DNA from: Clostridia bacterium
GTDB lineage: Bacteria; Bacillota; Clostridia; UMGS1883
NCBI GenBank assembly: GCA_045638945.1
Contig: JAZUCF010000024.1
Coordinates: 93,275 to 157,274 of the forward strand
Direction: 5' to 3'
Length of the DNA stretch: 64,000 bases
The notes under the pieces were generated by a model. The model searched no databases. It saw nothing but the letters and a program-made list of their open reading frames with translations, and was not told the origin of the DNA. The first letter of the stretch is position 1; each line of letters begins with the position of its first letter. Positions 1-8,926 of this stretch are shown piece by piece. The position numbers were made by a program, and so were the translations under genes.

Positions 1-597
1 CACGTGGTATTCCGTATGTCAGACGAGGGAAAATTTGCACGTATAGCATTAAACGCAGTGCAAGGCGGATATAATGATGCTATAGAAAATCCCACAGGTC
101 TTTTTGATGAACTTCCTCAGGTTAAGGCTGCCATGGGCATTTCCTCCGGCAGTGTTTTCTCGGGAATGAGTATGGAAGCAATGCAGAATAATCCCTTTGC
201 TGAAATTGATAATAAGGGTAAACAGGCGGCGGCAATGATTGATTCGGCTGACTTCAGCTTCACCTCCGATTACTTATATGAACAGTACGGTTTCATGCAG
301 TTTGTGGATATTTTCTTCGGACTTGTTATGATAGCTCTCGGTGCAGCATCGGCATATCTTGCACTTGGGCTTGCACAGCTTAAAAAGAACACTGTTAAGT
401 ACTTCCGTTTGTACAACATAGCTGTATTGGGTAGTGTAGCACTTTATTCAATCCTTTATACCTTTGTACTTAATCCTTTCTCGGATATTTTCCCGATATT
501 CACAATTCCTTTCTTTGTAATCTTTTTAGGTCTTGTAGCTTCGTTCATGTATAACAAGATGTATTACGACAAACGAGAGAAATATTTTGTAAGATAA
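1..597 (+). CDS. Membrane protein, 5' end cut by the window edge (C-terminal ~198 aa)
   Basis: Frame is open from base 1. Hydrophobic segments FVDIFFGLVMIALGAASAYLALGLA, IAVLGSVALYSILYTFVL and FTIPFFVIFLGLVASFMY. A hairpin follows. No family recognised. Confidence 0.5.
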   Translation, partial: HVVFRMSDEGKFARIALNAVQGGYNDAIENPTGLFDELPQVKAAMGISSGSVFSGMSMEAMQNNPFAEIDNKGKQAAAMIDSADFSFTSDYLYEQYGFMQFVDIFFGLVMIALGAASAYLALGLAQLKKNTVKYFRLYNIAVLGSVALYSILYTFVLNPFSDIFPIFTIPFFVIFLGLVASFMYNKMYYDKREKYFVR

Positions 598-616
598 AAT
601 AAAAGTATCCCACATC

Positions 617-646
617 CTATCCATATCCTGTAAAGGATATGGATAG
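617..646 (+). terminator. Hairpin after the first ORF
   Basis: ctatccatatcc / ggatatggatag, 12-bp perfect stem with 6-nt loop. The downstream T-run is weak (ttggctt). Confidence 0.45.
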
Positions 647-754
647 TTGGCTTAAAATAAAAGAATTTTATACTTTTAATGAAAAAAGAATTAATGAAGA
701 CAGGCTTGAAGCAGCGATAAAGTTACGATTGATCTTATCATTGCTCATGAAGAT

Positions 755-2512
755 ATGACAGGTGATATTATGACTAAACTTAACATTTTAAGACAATATA
801 TGAAAGAAAACAATCTATCCGCAGTAGTTATTTCCACTGCGGATATGCATTTAAGTGAATATATTTCCGAGCATTACAAGCTCCGTCAGTATCTGAGCGG
901 ATTTACGGGCAGTGCAGGAACTTTGGTTGTAACAGAATCTGACGCAGGCTTATGGACGGATGGCAGATATTATATTCAAGCGGAAAAAGAACTTTCGGGA
1001 AGTGGTATCACTCTTTACAGGGCGTCGGAAAAGGAAACGGTGAAGATTTACGAATTTCTGAAAGGAAACCTTTCGGAAAATGATATAATCGGTCTTGACG
1101 GAAGATTGTTTTCTAAAAAATATCTTGATTCTTTTATTTCAAAATTGGGCAACATTAATGTGAATACAGATTGCGACATTGCTCAGATATGGGAAAACCG
1201 CCCCCCTGAACCTATGGGAAAGGCTTTTCTGCTTGAAGAAAAATATAGCGGTGAGGGAGCAGCATCAAAAATCAGCCGTGTGCGGAGTATAATGAGTAAA
1301 AATTCTTTTACCCACTATCTTCTAAGTGCTCCCGAATGTATAATGTGGCTTCTCAATATCAGGGGCAATGATGTGAAGGATACTCCTGTGGTACTTTCAT
1401 ATCTTATGGTTACAGGGAAGAAGGTCACTCTTTACGTGCATAGTGAAAAGCTTCCCCTTGAAGTGTCATCATACCTCAGTGAGCATAATATAGAAGTAGC
1501 AGACTATGAAAAAATCTATGAGGACGTAGAAAACCTCAGGGAAAATGACTGTTCGGCAGTTGATTTTTCCCTTACAAATTATTCGCTCGTAAATAAAATA
1601 GCATCACCCAAAAAAGATTTTAAGGATATTATATATAACCTTAAATGTGTTAAAAACAGCGTTGAAATTGAAAATTTAAAAAAAGTTTACGTAAAAGAAA
1701 ACATCGCACTGACAAAGGCTTTTTATGAAATTTATCACAGCGAAAATATTGACGAATGCAGTACTTGTGAAATTATTGAAAAGTACCGCAATGAGAACGA
1801 AGAATATGTTTCGCCGGCTTTTGATACCATAGCCGCATACGGGGCAAATGCCGCAATGATGCACTACAGCCCCGAAAAACGGAAGTGTAATGCCATAGCA
1901 AAAAGGGGGATGCTCCTTATAGATACGGGTGGACAGTATTTCGGAGGAACTACCGATACCACAAGGACGCTTGTTATGGGAGAGCTTTCGGAAGAAGAAA
2001 AAGAGAGTCTGACACTTGTTTTAAAAAGCCATATTGCCATGGCGGTGTCCGTGTTCCCAGACGGCACAAAATGTAGTGAAATAGACTCCTTAGCTCGTAT
2101 GCCATTATGGAAAAAGGGGCTTGACTACCGATGCTCAACAGGCCACGGGGTAGGGTATATGCTTGGTGTGCATGAAGGTCCGCAAAGGCTTAGTACAGCA
2201 TGTAATGAAAAGCTTATATCCATGATGACTCTAACCGACGAACCGGGTGTATATAAGGAGAATATGTACGGAATCAGAATTGAAAATCATCTGTGTGTAA
2301 CAGAAGCTTTTAAAACCGAGTATGGACAGTTCCTTAAATTTGAGGTGTTGAATTACTGTCCCATAGGAACGGAGGGATTTTTGCCTCATCTTCTTACGGA
2401 TGAAGAAAGAAGATGGCTTAACGACTATAATGAAAAATGCAGGGAAACTATCTCACCTTGTCTTAGTAAGGAGGAAAGAGAGTGGTTGATTCTCTATACA
2501 AAGGCAATATAA
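755..2512 (+). CDS. Aminopeptidase P family protein (Xaa-Pro aminopeptidase, M24B)
   Basis: 585-aa ORF. Creatinase/prolidase-like N-terminal region, then M24 pita-bread domain contexts LIDTGGQY, DTTRT, HGVGYMLGVHEGP, LTDEPGVY, IRIEN. The ATG at 770 (MTKLNIL) is an alternative start. Confidence 0.85.
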   Translation: MTGDIMTKLNILRQYMKENNLSAVVISTADMHLSEYISEHYKLRQYLSGFTGSAGTLVVTESDAGLWTDGRYYIQAEKELSGSGITLYRASEKETVKIYEFLKGNLSENDIIGLDGRLFSKKYLDSFISKLGNINVNTDCDIAQIWENRPPEPMGKAFLLEEKYSGEGAASKISRVRSIMSKNSFTHYLLSAPECIMWLLNIRGNDVKDTPVVLSYLMVTGKKVTLYVHSEKLPLEVSSYLSEHNIEVADYEKIYEDVENLRENDCSAVDFSLTNYSLVNKIASPKKDFKDIIYNLKCVKNSVEIENLKKVYVKENIALTKAFYEIYHSENIDECSTCEIIEKYRNENEEYVSPAFDTIAAYGANAAMMHYSPEKRKCNAIAKRGMLLIDTGGQYFGGTTDTTRTLVMGELSEEEKESLTLVLKSHIAMAVSVFPDGTKCSEIDSLARMPLWKKGLDYRCSTGHGVGYMLGVHEGPQRLSTACNEKLISMMTLTDEPGVYKENMYGIRIENHLCVTEAFKTEYGQFLKFEVLNYCPIGTEGFLPHLLTDEERRWLNDYNEKCRETISPCLSKEEREWLILYTKAI

Positions 2513-2644
2513 ATAAAACATGGAAGAATAAAGTGCAAATCTGTGGTAAAATGCACAAAATTTTTATATTGGAAAATTTTTTGTTGCAAAACCCTTCAAA
2601 ATAGTGTAAAATGTAGAGAAAATATATGGTGGTGATAGAATAAA

Positions 2645-3838
2645 ATGAATATTTCAAAGAAATTTGCATCGGTAGCACCTTCCTCAACTCTTGCAATTAC
2701 TGCAAAGGTTAACGAAATGAAAGCAAACGGCATTGATGTTGTAGGCTTTGGTGCAGGTGAACCCGATTTTAATACTCCCAAGCATATAAGTGATGCGGCA
2801 ATCAAGGCAATTAACGAGGGCTTCACCCGTTATACTCCCGCTTCAGGTACAAAGGAACTTAAGGCGGCTGTTGCGGCTAAGTTTAAGCGTGACAATAATC
2901 TTGATTACGGCATTGAAAATATTGTTATTTCAAACGGTGCAAAGCATTCCCTCATGAATGCTTTGGGCGTAATTCTTAACGTAGGTGATGAGGTAATCAT
3001 TCCTACTCCTTGTTGGGTAAGCTATCCCGAAATGGTTAAGCTTAATGACGGTGTTCCCGTACTTCTCAAGGCAAGTGAGGAGGAGGGCTTTGTGGTAAGT
3101 GCAGATAAGATTGCATCAGCAATCACCGACAAGACACGTGCCGTTATTATTAATACCCCCTCAAACCCCACAGGAATGATTTATTCTGAGGAAGAGCTTC
3201 GTAAGATTGCTGCTCTCTGCGTGGAAAAGAACATCTATGTTATTTCCGATGAAATATATGAGCATCTTATCTACGGCGGCACAAAGCATGTGTCAATTGC
3301 TTCTTTCGGTGAAGATATCAAGGATTTGACAATCATCATAAACGGTGTCAGCAAAACATATGCCATGACAGGCTGGAGAATAGGATTTACTGCATCAAAT
3401 GCGACTCTTGCAAAGGCAATGTCAAGCGTGCAGAGTCACGCAACCAGCAATCCCAATTCCATTGCACAGAAAGCGGCACAGGCGGCACTTGACGGCTCAA
3501 TGGACGAAGTAATTGCAATGAAGGCAGAGTTTGAAAAACGCAGAAACTATATGGTTGAGCGTATGAATACTCTTCACGGAGTTTCCTGCCTTATGCCTCA
3601 TGGTGCGTTCTATGTAATGATGAATGTGAAAGCACTCTTCGGTAAGTCAATTAACGGAAAAACCATTAAGGACAGCAGTTCTTTTGCGGAAATTCTTCTT
3701 GATGAAGCACTTGTTTCCGTTGTTCCCTGTAAGGACTTCGACAGTGACGAACATGTTCGCTGGAGCTATGCAACAAGCATGGAAAACATTGTAAAAGGTC
3801 TTGACAGACTGGAAGAATTCTTAAATAAGTTAAGTTAA
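2645..3838 (+). CDS. Aspartate aminotransferase (class I PLP-dependent aminotransferase)
   Basis: 397 aa. GAGEPDFNTP, NPSNPTG and the PLP-lysine context SKTYAMTGWRIGF. Promoter-like TTGCAA-17-TAAAAT and RBS GGTGGTGA lie upstream. Confidence 0.85.
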   Translation: MNISKKFASVAPSSTLAITAKVNEMKANGIDVVGFGAGEPDFNTPKHISDAAIKAINEGFTRYTPASGTKELKAAVAAKFKRDNNLDYGIENIVISNGAKHSLMNALGVILNVGDEVIIPTPCWVSYPEMVKLNDGVPVLLKASEEEGFVVSADKIASAITDKTRAVIINTPSNPTGMIYSEEELRKIAALCVEKNIYVISDEIYEHLIYGGTKHVSIASFGEDIKDLTIIINGVSKTYAMTGWRIGFTASNATLAKAMSSVQSHATSNPNSIAQKAAQAALDGSMDEVIAMKAEFEKRRNYMVERMNTLHGVSCLMPHGAFYVMMNVKALFGKSINGKTIKDSSSFAEILLDEALVSVVPCKDFDSDEHVRWSYATSMENIVKGLDRLEEFLNKLS

Positions 3839-3841
3839 ACC

Positions 3842-3872
3842 AAAAACGGTGCATTTTCTTGCACCGTTTTTT
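3842..3872 (+). terminator. Intrinsic terminator of the aminotransferase gene
   Basis: aaaaacggtgca / tgcaccgttttt stem followed by a T-run. Confidence 0.75.
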
Positions 3873-3939
3873 GATAATTACTCTTGTAATAATACTCTGT
3901 TTGTGCTAAAATAACTCTATTGAAAGGCAGGCGTATACA

Positions 3940-4917
3940 ATGATCAGAATAGGTATTTCAGGCTACGGCAATCTCGGTCGGGGTGTCGAATCAGCCATAA
4001 AACAAAATGATGATATGGAGCTTGTTGCGGTGTTTTCACGCCGTGACCCCGAAAGTGTAAAAATTAATACAGAGGGCGTAAAGGTTTGCCATATAGACGA
4101 GGCAAAGGACTATGCCGATAAAATCGACGTTATGATTCTTTGCGGCGGCAGTGCCACGGACTTACCTGTGCAGACACCTGAGATGGCAAAGCTTTTTAAC
4201 GTGATAGACAGCTTTGACACCCACGCAAAAATCCCGGAGCATTTTGCAAATGTGGACAAGGAAGCAAAAGAGGGCGGAAAGGTTGCAGTTATCTCTGTAG
4301 GCTGGGATCCTGGTATGTTTTCCCTTAACCGTCTTTTCGGTGAAGCAATTTTACCCGAGGGCAGTACCTATACTTTCTGGGGTAAGGGAGTAAGTCAGGG
4401 ACATTCCGATGCTATCCGCCGTATAGAGGGAGTATTGGATGCACGCCAGTATACAATTCCCGTTCCCGAAGCCTTGGAACAGGTAAGAAACGGGGAAAAT
4501 CCCACTCTTACCACAAGAGAGAAGCATACACGTGAATGTTTTGTAGTAGCGGAGGAAGGGGCAGACCTCAGCCGTATTGAAAACGAGATTAAAACCATGC
4601 CCAACTACTTTGCCGATTATGATACAACAGTTCATTTCATATCCAAAGAAGAACTTTTACGTGACCATAGCGGTATTCCCCACGGCGGATTTGTAATCCG
4701 CAGCGGAAAGACGGGAGACGGAAATAATCATATTGTAGAATATAGCTTAAAGCTTGATTCCAACCCCGAATTTACATCTTCTGTGTTGGTGGCATATGCA
4801 AGGGCCGCATATAAGCTCAGCAAAGAGGGCGTATCAGGCTGCAAAAGCGTGCTTGATATAGCACCCTCATATCTCAGCCCCAAAAGCGGGGAAGAGCTTA
4901 GACGTGAGCTTCTTTAA
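3940..4917 (+). CDS. ddh: meso-Diaminopimelate D-dehydrogenase
   Basis: 325 aa, collinear with my memory of Corynebacterium Ddh: GYGNLGR, GWDPGMFS.NR, TFWG.G.SQGHSDA.RRI.GV, HGGFVI, LD.NPEFT. Confidence 0.92.
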   Translation: MIRIGISGYGNLGRGVESAIKQNDDMELVAVFSRRDPESVKINTEGVKVCHIDEAKDYADKIDVMILCGGSATDLPVQTPEMAKLFNVIDSFDTHAKIPEHFANVDKEAKEGGKVAVISVGWDPGMFSLNRLFGEAILPEGSTYTFWGKGVSQGHSDAIRRIEGVLDARQYTIPVPEALEQVRNGENPTLTTREKHTRECFVVAEEGADLSRIENEIKTMPNYFADYDTTVHFISKEELLRDHSGIPHGGFVIRSGKTGDGNNHIVEYSLKLDSNPEFTSSVLVAYARAAYKLSKEGVSGCKSVLDIAPSYLSPKSGEELRRELL

Positions 4918-4997
4918 ATTAGTCTCTGTACGAGATAAGTATTGGTGCGTATAAATGACATTTTTATTCATTTTTTATGAACGCACATTAGGAAATG

Positions 4998-5030
4998 AAA
5001 AGGAGCAAGGGGTGTTTTCCTTGCTCCTTT
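4998..5030. terminator. Bidirectional terminator between ddh and the convergent 164-aa ORF
   Basis: aaaaggagcaagg / ccttgctccttt stem with an 8-nt loop; T-rich on both sides. Confidence 0.65.
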
Positions 5031-5071
5031 ATGAATTTATATTGTGTTTAGTTAAACAAATTGAGGTTTGT

Positions 5072-5566
5072 TTAATCAATTTCCCCATAAAACCACAGTA
5101 TTGTTTTATGTGTAAAATCTGAATCGACAATTGTTTCATAATAGCCTTTCTCTTTAAGGGGTGATTCAATGTGTCGTTCTTGAATAAATGACATACCTTG
5201 TTTGACAATTGGGTTCCAAGTTTGCTCAGTTGTATTTCTTAACCAAAAAGAATTATAATAGTTTTCATCATAGAAAATAATAATTTGTGACTCCCCAAAG
5301 TTCAACTCGTCAATAACTGCAACCACTTTGCAAAAAGCCAGACTATTAGGTTTGTGCTCGATAATTTCAGCAGTTTTATCAAGCCAAGCTTTGCAAAATG
5401 CGGTTTTTATTTTTCCACTCGTTTTCGGAGATGTAATAAACTGACTAAACGGAACGTGAAAATGTTCGTATTTATAGTCTGTATTTTGAAAAGGACATAT
5501 TTGATTTATGTTATTAAGCAGAACTCTTAATTTTCGTTTTTGTCCTCTTTGCTTTTTATATTTCAT
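5072..5566 (-). CDS. Hypothetical protein (164 aa)
   Basis: Clean ORF with RBS (GAGGTGAG) upstream of the ATG. AT-rich. Basic N-terminus (KKQRGQKRKLR). No family recognised. Confidence 0.5.
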   Translation of the reverse strand: MKYKKQRGQKRKLRVLLNNINQICPFQNTDYKYEHFHVPFSQFITSPKTSGKIKTAFCKAWLDKTAEIIEHKPNSLAFCKVVAVIDELNFGESQIIIFYDENYYNSFWLRNTTEQTWNPIVKQGMSFIQERHIESPLKEKGYYETIVDSDFTHKTILWFYGEID

Positions 5567-5708
5567 ATATACTCACCTCGTTTACCAAGTTCTTATTCTA
5601 TAACTACTTATACGAATAGGAAAGTGGATAAAAAGTTATAAATTACTATTATAGTATAGCATACTTTTACTCATTTGTCACGATATAGAGATAAAATTAA
5701 CAAAATTA

Positions 5709-5945
5709 TTAACTTAACATACCTTTTAAGTCAAAGGATATAGGCTTATCTTTGAACTTGTTAAGCGGTATCTTTTTAGCCTGATTGGATAACAGAGTGA
5801 TTATATCATAGGCTTGTTCAATATAAGGCTTGTGCTTATTCTTCTCAACCCAATAGAAGAGTGCCAAGTAATAATCAAGAAACTTTGAAGATACACCATG
5901 ATAAACAAGTAAAAAATGCAAGCAATCACATGAGATTGCTTGCAT
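5709..5945 (-). pseudogene. Probable C-terminal remnant of an IS1595-like (ISXO2-type) transposase
   Basis: The 78-aa ORF contains YHGVSSKFLDYYLALFYWVEKNK, resembling the conserved C-terminal G(V/I)S.K.L..YL..F motif of that transposase family. No catalytic region. It abuts the stop of the neighbouring gene. Confidence 0.4.
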
Positions 5946-5963
5946 TTTTTACTACAGGAAACT

Positions 5964-7154
5964 TTACAGTTTTAATTTCTTTTCTTTAAGTTTTTTTGTT
6001 ACAAATTCTTTTAAAAGAACATATACCACCGAGAACACGGGAACACCTATCAGCATTCCCACAACACCATATGCATTTCCGCCCACAGTTACTGCGGCAA
6101 GTACAAGTATGCCGGGAAGTCCGATTGATTTTCCCACAACTTTCGGATAAATGAAGTTTCCCTCAATCTGTTGAAGCACGAGGAAAAATATAATAAACCA
6201 AAAAGCCTGCATGGGGCTTACAATCAAAATCAGGAATGTTCCCGCTATAACCCCTATCCACGCACCGACAACAGGGATAAGTGCTGTTGCCGCAACAAGC
6301 ACGGAAATCACAACTGCATACGGGAATCTGAAAATCAACATTCCTATAAAACACATAACTCCTAAAATAACGGCTTCTGCAAACTGTACAGTTGCAAAGC
6401 GTGTAAAGGTTTGATTGACAAGAGTAAATACAGACATTGTTTTATCGGAAAACTTTTTCGGGAATATCGCATACAGCAATTTTTTTGAACAAATGCAAAG
6501 CGTTTCCTTTTGTGCCAACATGTAAAAAGCAAACACAGCCGCCAATACAAAATTAATTATTCCTGAGAAAAGCGAGGTAGTAAGGGAATAGGTCGTACTA
6601 AAAAAGTTCATCCCGAATTTGGGGAGCATTTTTCCTAACTTTGAAAGTAAATCCATATTATCAACCGATGCAAAATCAGAAAAGCTTACCCCTATGTCGC
6701 TTAAAAAGACTTTCAGATTCTGAAAAGTTCCGCCCAATGAATCAAAATATTTGGGAAGAAGGGTTATGAGAGAGTCGGCTGTCTGTATAAAAGCAGGAAG
6801 TATAAGGAACAGAATAGCAAAAATTACCGTCAGTACTAATACGATACTTAAAAACATGCACATAGTTCTTTTTATAAAGAACTTCGGTTTGTGCTTTTTG
6901 AAAATCTTGTCCCACAAATTTTCCAGCGGCCGCATAAACAAATTGAGGATAAAGGCAATTACAAAACCGTAAAAAATCGGCAGAATGAGCGAAATGATTC
7001 TGCCTGCAAAATCAAAAATACTCCTGATATTGTCAAGTGTCCAGAATAATAAGAGTGCAAAGGTTATGGCAAAGATAACCAGTGCAAATTGTGAACGCAG
7101 TTTCGGAAAATTACTGCGGGTTGCGGATTCTTTTTTTTCTTCCAATTTAGCCAT
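5964..7154 (-). CDS. AI-2E family transporter (PerM/YtvI-like, UPF0118)
   Basis: 396 aa, polytopic. Family signature region QQIEGNFIYPKVVGKSIGLPGILVLAAVTVGG. Confidence 0.85.
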   Translation of the reverse strand: MAKLEEKKESATRSNFPKLRSQFALVIFAITFALLLFWTLDNIRSIFDFAGRIISLILPIFYGFVIAFILNLFMRPLENLWDKIFKKHKPKFFIKRTMCMFLSIVLVLTVIFAILFLILPAFIQTADSLITLLPKYFDSLGGTFQNLKVFLSDIGVSFSDFASVDNMDLLSKLGKMLPKFGMNFFSTTYSLTTSLFSGIINFVLAAVFAFYMLAQKETLCICSKKLLYAIFPKKFSDKTMSVFTLVNQTFTRFATVQFAEAVILGVMCFIGMLIFRFPYAVVISVLVAATALIPVVGAWIGVIAGTFLILIVSPMQAFWFIIFFLVLQQIEGNFIYPKVVGKSIGLPGILVLAAVTVGGNAYGVVGMLIGVPVFSVVYVLLKEFVTKKLKEKKLKL

Positions 7155-7292
7155 TTAGCATCACTCCATATGTGGATAATATAGCATTTTCCATCCAATG
7201 TCAATATAATACAGCTAATATTTACCAATTCGACATAATTAGAATAAAAACCCGAATGCATATTTTAATCAATGCATTTGGGTTTTGTTAAT

Positions 7293-7973
7293 TTATTTTG
7301 CTTTGTTTTGTTTGCGGTGCGTGCTTTTTAAATAGAGCTTATAAATTCCGATGCCTATTATGGAAATTATGGCGATTATTCCGTACGTAATCAAAAGTGT
7401 TTTAAACTTGCTTTCGGCAAAGGCATCACCTGCATAGGTAGAGGACATTACCGTGGGAATCCTTGCAATAAGAGTAATGAGAAGAAAATCCCTAAGACTT
7501 ATGGAAGTAAAAGGAGCCGCATATGTAAGCAAGTCCTTAGGTGTGCCTGGGACGAAAAATAGCAAAAATATAACCCTCTTAAGCTTTTTTTCATCCTTTA
7601 AAAACTTTATCTTGTTCATTGCGGAGCTTCCTGCGGCGGCTTCAACGAAGTCTTTGCCAAAGGTTTTTACCAGTTTAAAAATTATTGTCTGACCAATGGT
7701 GATGCCGGTAAGGCATACTAAAAGTCCCCCTATCCAGCCGTACATACTGCCTGCAACAAATTCGATAAGCTCGCCCGGAATCAGAGCAACGACAATCTGT
7801 ACTATCTGGATAAACAGCATCATAAAAATGCCCAATATACCGAACCTATCAATAAATGCCTCAAACTGCTCAGGCTGTCGGGCGGACTGTATAAACGGTA
7901 TTGCAATTACTGTTAAAACAGCCATTGCAGCAAAGAATAATATAATTGAAATGTATTTGTAAGCTTTTTTCAT
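7293..7973 (-). CDS. TVP38/TMEM64 (DedA-related) family membrane protein
   Basis: Motif FVPGTPKDLLTYAAPFT plus multiple TM segments. I prefer the ATG at 7973 (MKKAYKY), preceded by GAGGTG, over the track start at 7991. Confidence 0.8.
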   Translation of the reverse strand: MKKAYKYISIILFFAAMAVLTVIAIPFIQSARQPEQFEAFIDRFGILGIFMMLFIQIVQIVVALIPGELIEFVAGSMYGWIGGLLVCLTGITIGQTIIFKLVKTFGKDFVEAAAGSSAMNKIKFLKDEKKLKRVIFLLFFVPGTPKDLLTYAAPFTSISLRDFLLITLIARIPTVMSSTYAGDAFAESKFKTLLITYGIIAIISIIGIGIYKLYLKSTHRKQNKAK

Positions 7974-8054
7974 AAAACACCTCATATACAACTTTCAGTA
8001 TACAGGGAAAATATGAAAAATTCAATTGTTTTGTCGAAAATTTTTTGAAATGTA

Positions 8055-8288
8055 TCAAAAATCGTGACAGGGCATAGAGTCAATGTTGTGTTTTTCAAAC
8101 AAAAGAACTATGTTTTCAACTTTTTCAAAATCGGTGGTTTCACCATTTTTAATGATATCTTGAATCTGTTGTAAAACTTCAATAGCAACTGTGTTTACAA
8201 TTTCATCGGCATTGATTTCAAAATCATTTATGTGGAAGAGGATATAGTCGGAAATGTGCTTTTTTAATATTTCTGTTTTAATTGTCAT
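8055..8288 (-). CDS. Small acidic hypothetical protein (77 aa)
   Basis: ORF with RBS (GAGGTGAAAC-ATG), divergent from the XRE pair. No family recognised. Confidence 0.5.
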   Translation of the reverse strand: MTIKTEILKKHISDYILFHINDFEINADEIVNTVAIEVLQQIQDIIKNGETTDFEKVENIVLLFEKHNIDSMPCHDF

Positions 8289-8404
8289 AGTTTCACCTCG
8301 AAATTTAAATTTGTATCACTTTTACAACCGATTGTAGCATAATTTAATAGTAAAATCAATACGATAAGTGTAAAAAATGAGACAAATTTAATTGTGGTGA
8401 TTTT

Positions 8405-8650
8405 ATGAAACAAAGAGTTAATTCCAATGGAAAGAATTTAATCGGTGAAAGACTAAAAGAATTGAGGAATAATGCACATTTATCCCAAAGAGATTTAGCC
8501 AGAGAATTGCAACTTATCGGCATTGATATGGATAAGAACGTTATTACTCGTATCGAAACCAATAAGAGATATGTTGCAGACTTTGAATTACAAGCACTTA
8601 AGAAAATTTTCAAGGTAAGCTATGATTTTCTGATTGACGGGGAAGAGTGA
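8405..8650 (+). CDS. XRE-family helix-turn-helix transcriptional regulator
   Basis: 81 aa. IGERLKELRNNAHLSQRDLARELQL...ITRIE is a classic HTH_3 pattern. Confidence 0.8.
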   Translation: MKQRVNSNGKNLIGERLKELRNNAHLSQRDLARELQLIGIDMDKNVITRIETNKRYVADFELQALKKIFKVSYDFLIDGEE

Positions 8651-8853
8651 CTTTAATGGTTTTTAAACGATTATATGAACTAAGAGTTGACAATGACTTA
8701 ACTCAACAGCAGGTTGCAGATTATTTACTTTGTAACCGTCAGGTATATGCACGGTATGAAAAAGGTATCAGGGAAATTCCCGTTTCAATGCTGATAAAAC
8801 TGACAAAGCTATATAATGTATCGGCAGATTATATTTTAGAAATTAATAGTTGA
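8647..8853 (+). CDS. XRE-family helix-turn-helix transcriptional regulator (second, overlapping copy)
   Basis: LYELRVDNDLTQQQVADYL...VYARYEKGIREIPVSMLIKLTKLYNVSADYIL. The likely true start is the ATG at 8656. It overlaps or abuts the stop of the upstream XRE gene. Confidence 0.8.
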   Translation: MTLMVFKRLYELRVDNDLTQQQVADYLLCNRQVYARYEKGIREIPVSMLIKLTKLYNVSADYILEINS

Positions 8854-8870
8854 AGTGGCCGCGTTCCCCT

Positions 8871-8926
8871 CGGTTCCACCAAAAAATAAAGCACCCATCA
8901 GGGTGCTTTATTTTTTGGTGGAACCG
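8871..8926. terminator. Perfect 26-bp-arm palindrome acting as a bidirectional intrinsic terminator
   Basis: cggttccaccaaaaaataaagcaccc - atca - gggtgctttattttttggtggaaccg. The inner GC stem is flanked by A6/T6 on both strands. It sits between the + strand XRE operon and the - strand DUF4062 unit. Confidence 0.75.

Noticed and set aside
3839-3939. Lysine riboswitch (L-box) upstream of ddh
   Set aside because: The intergenic region is only ~100 nt, and most of it is the upstream terminator. That is too short for an L-box, and none of its conserved motifs are present.
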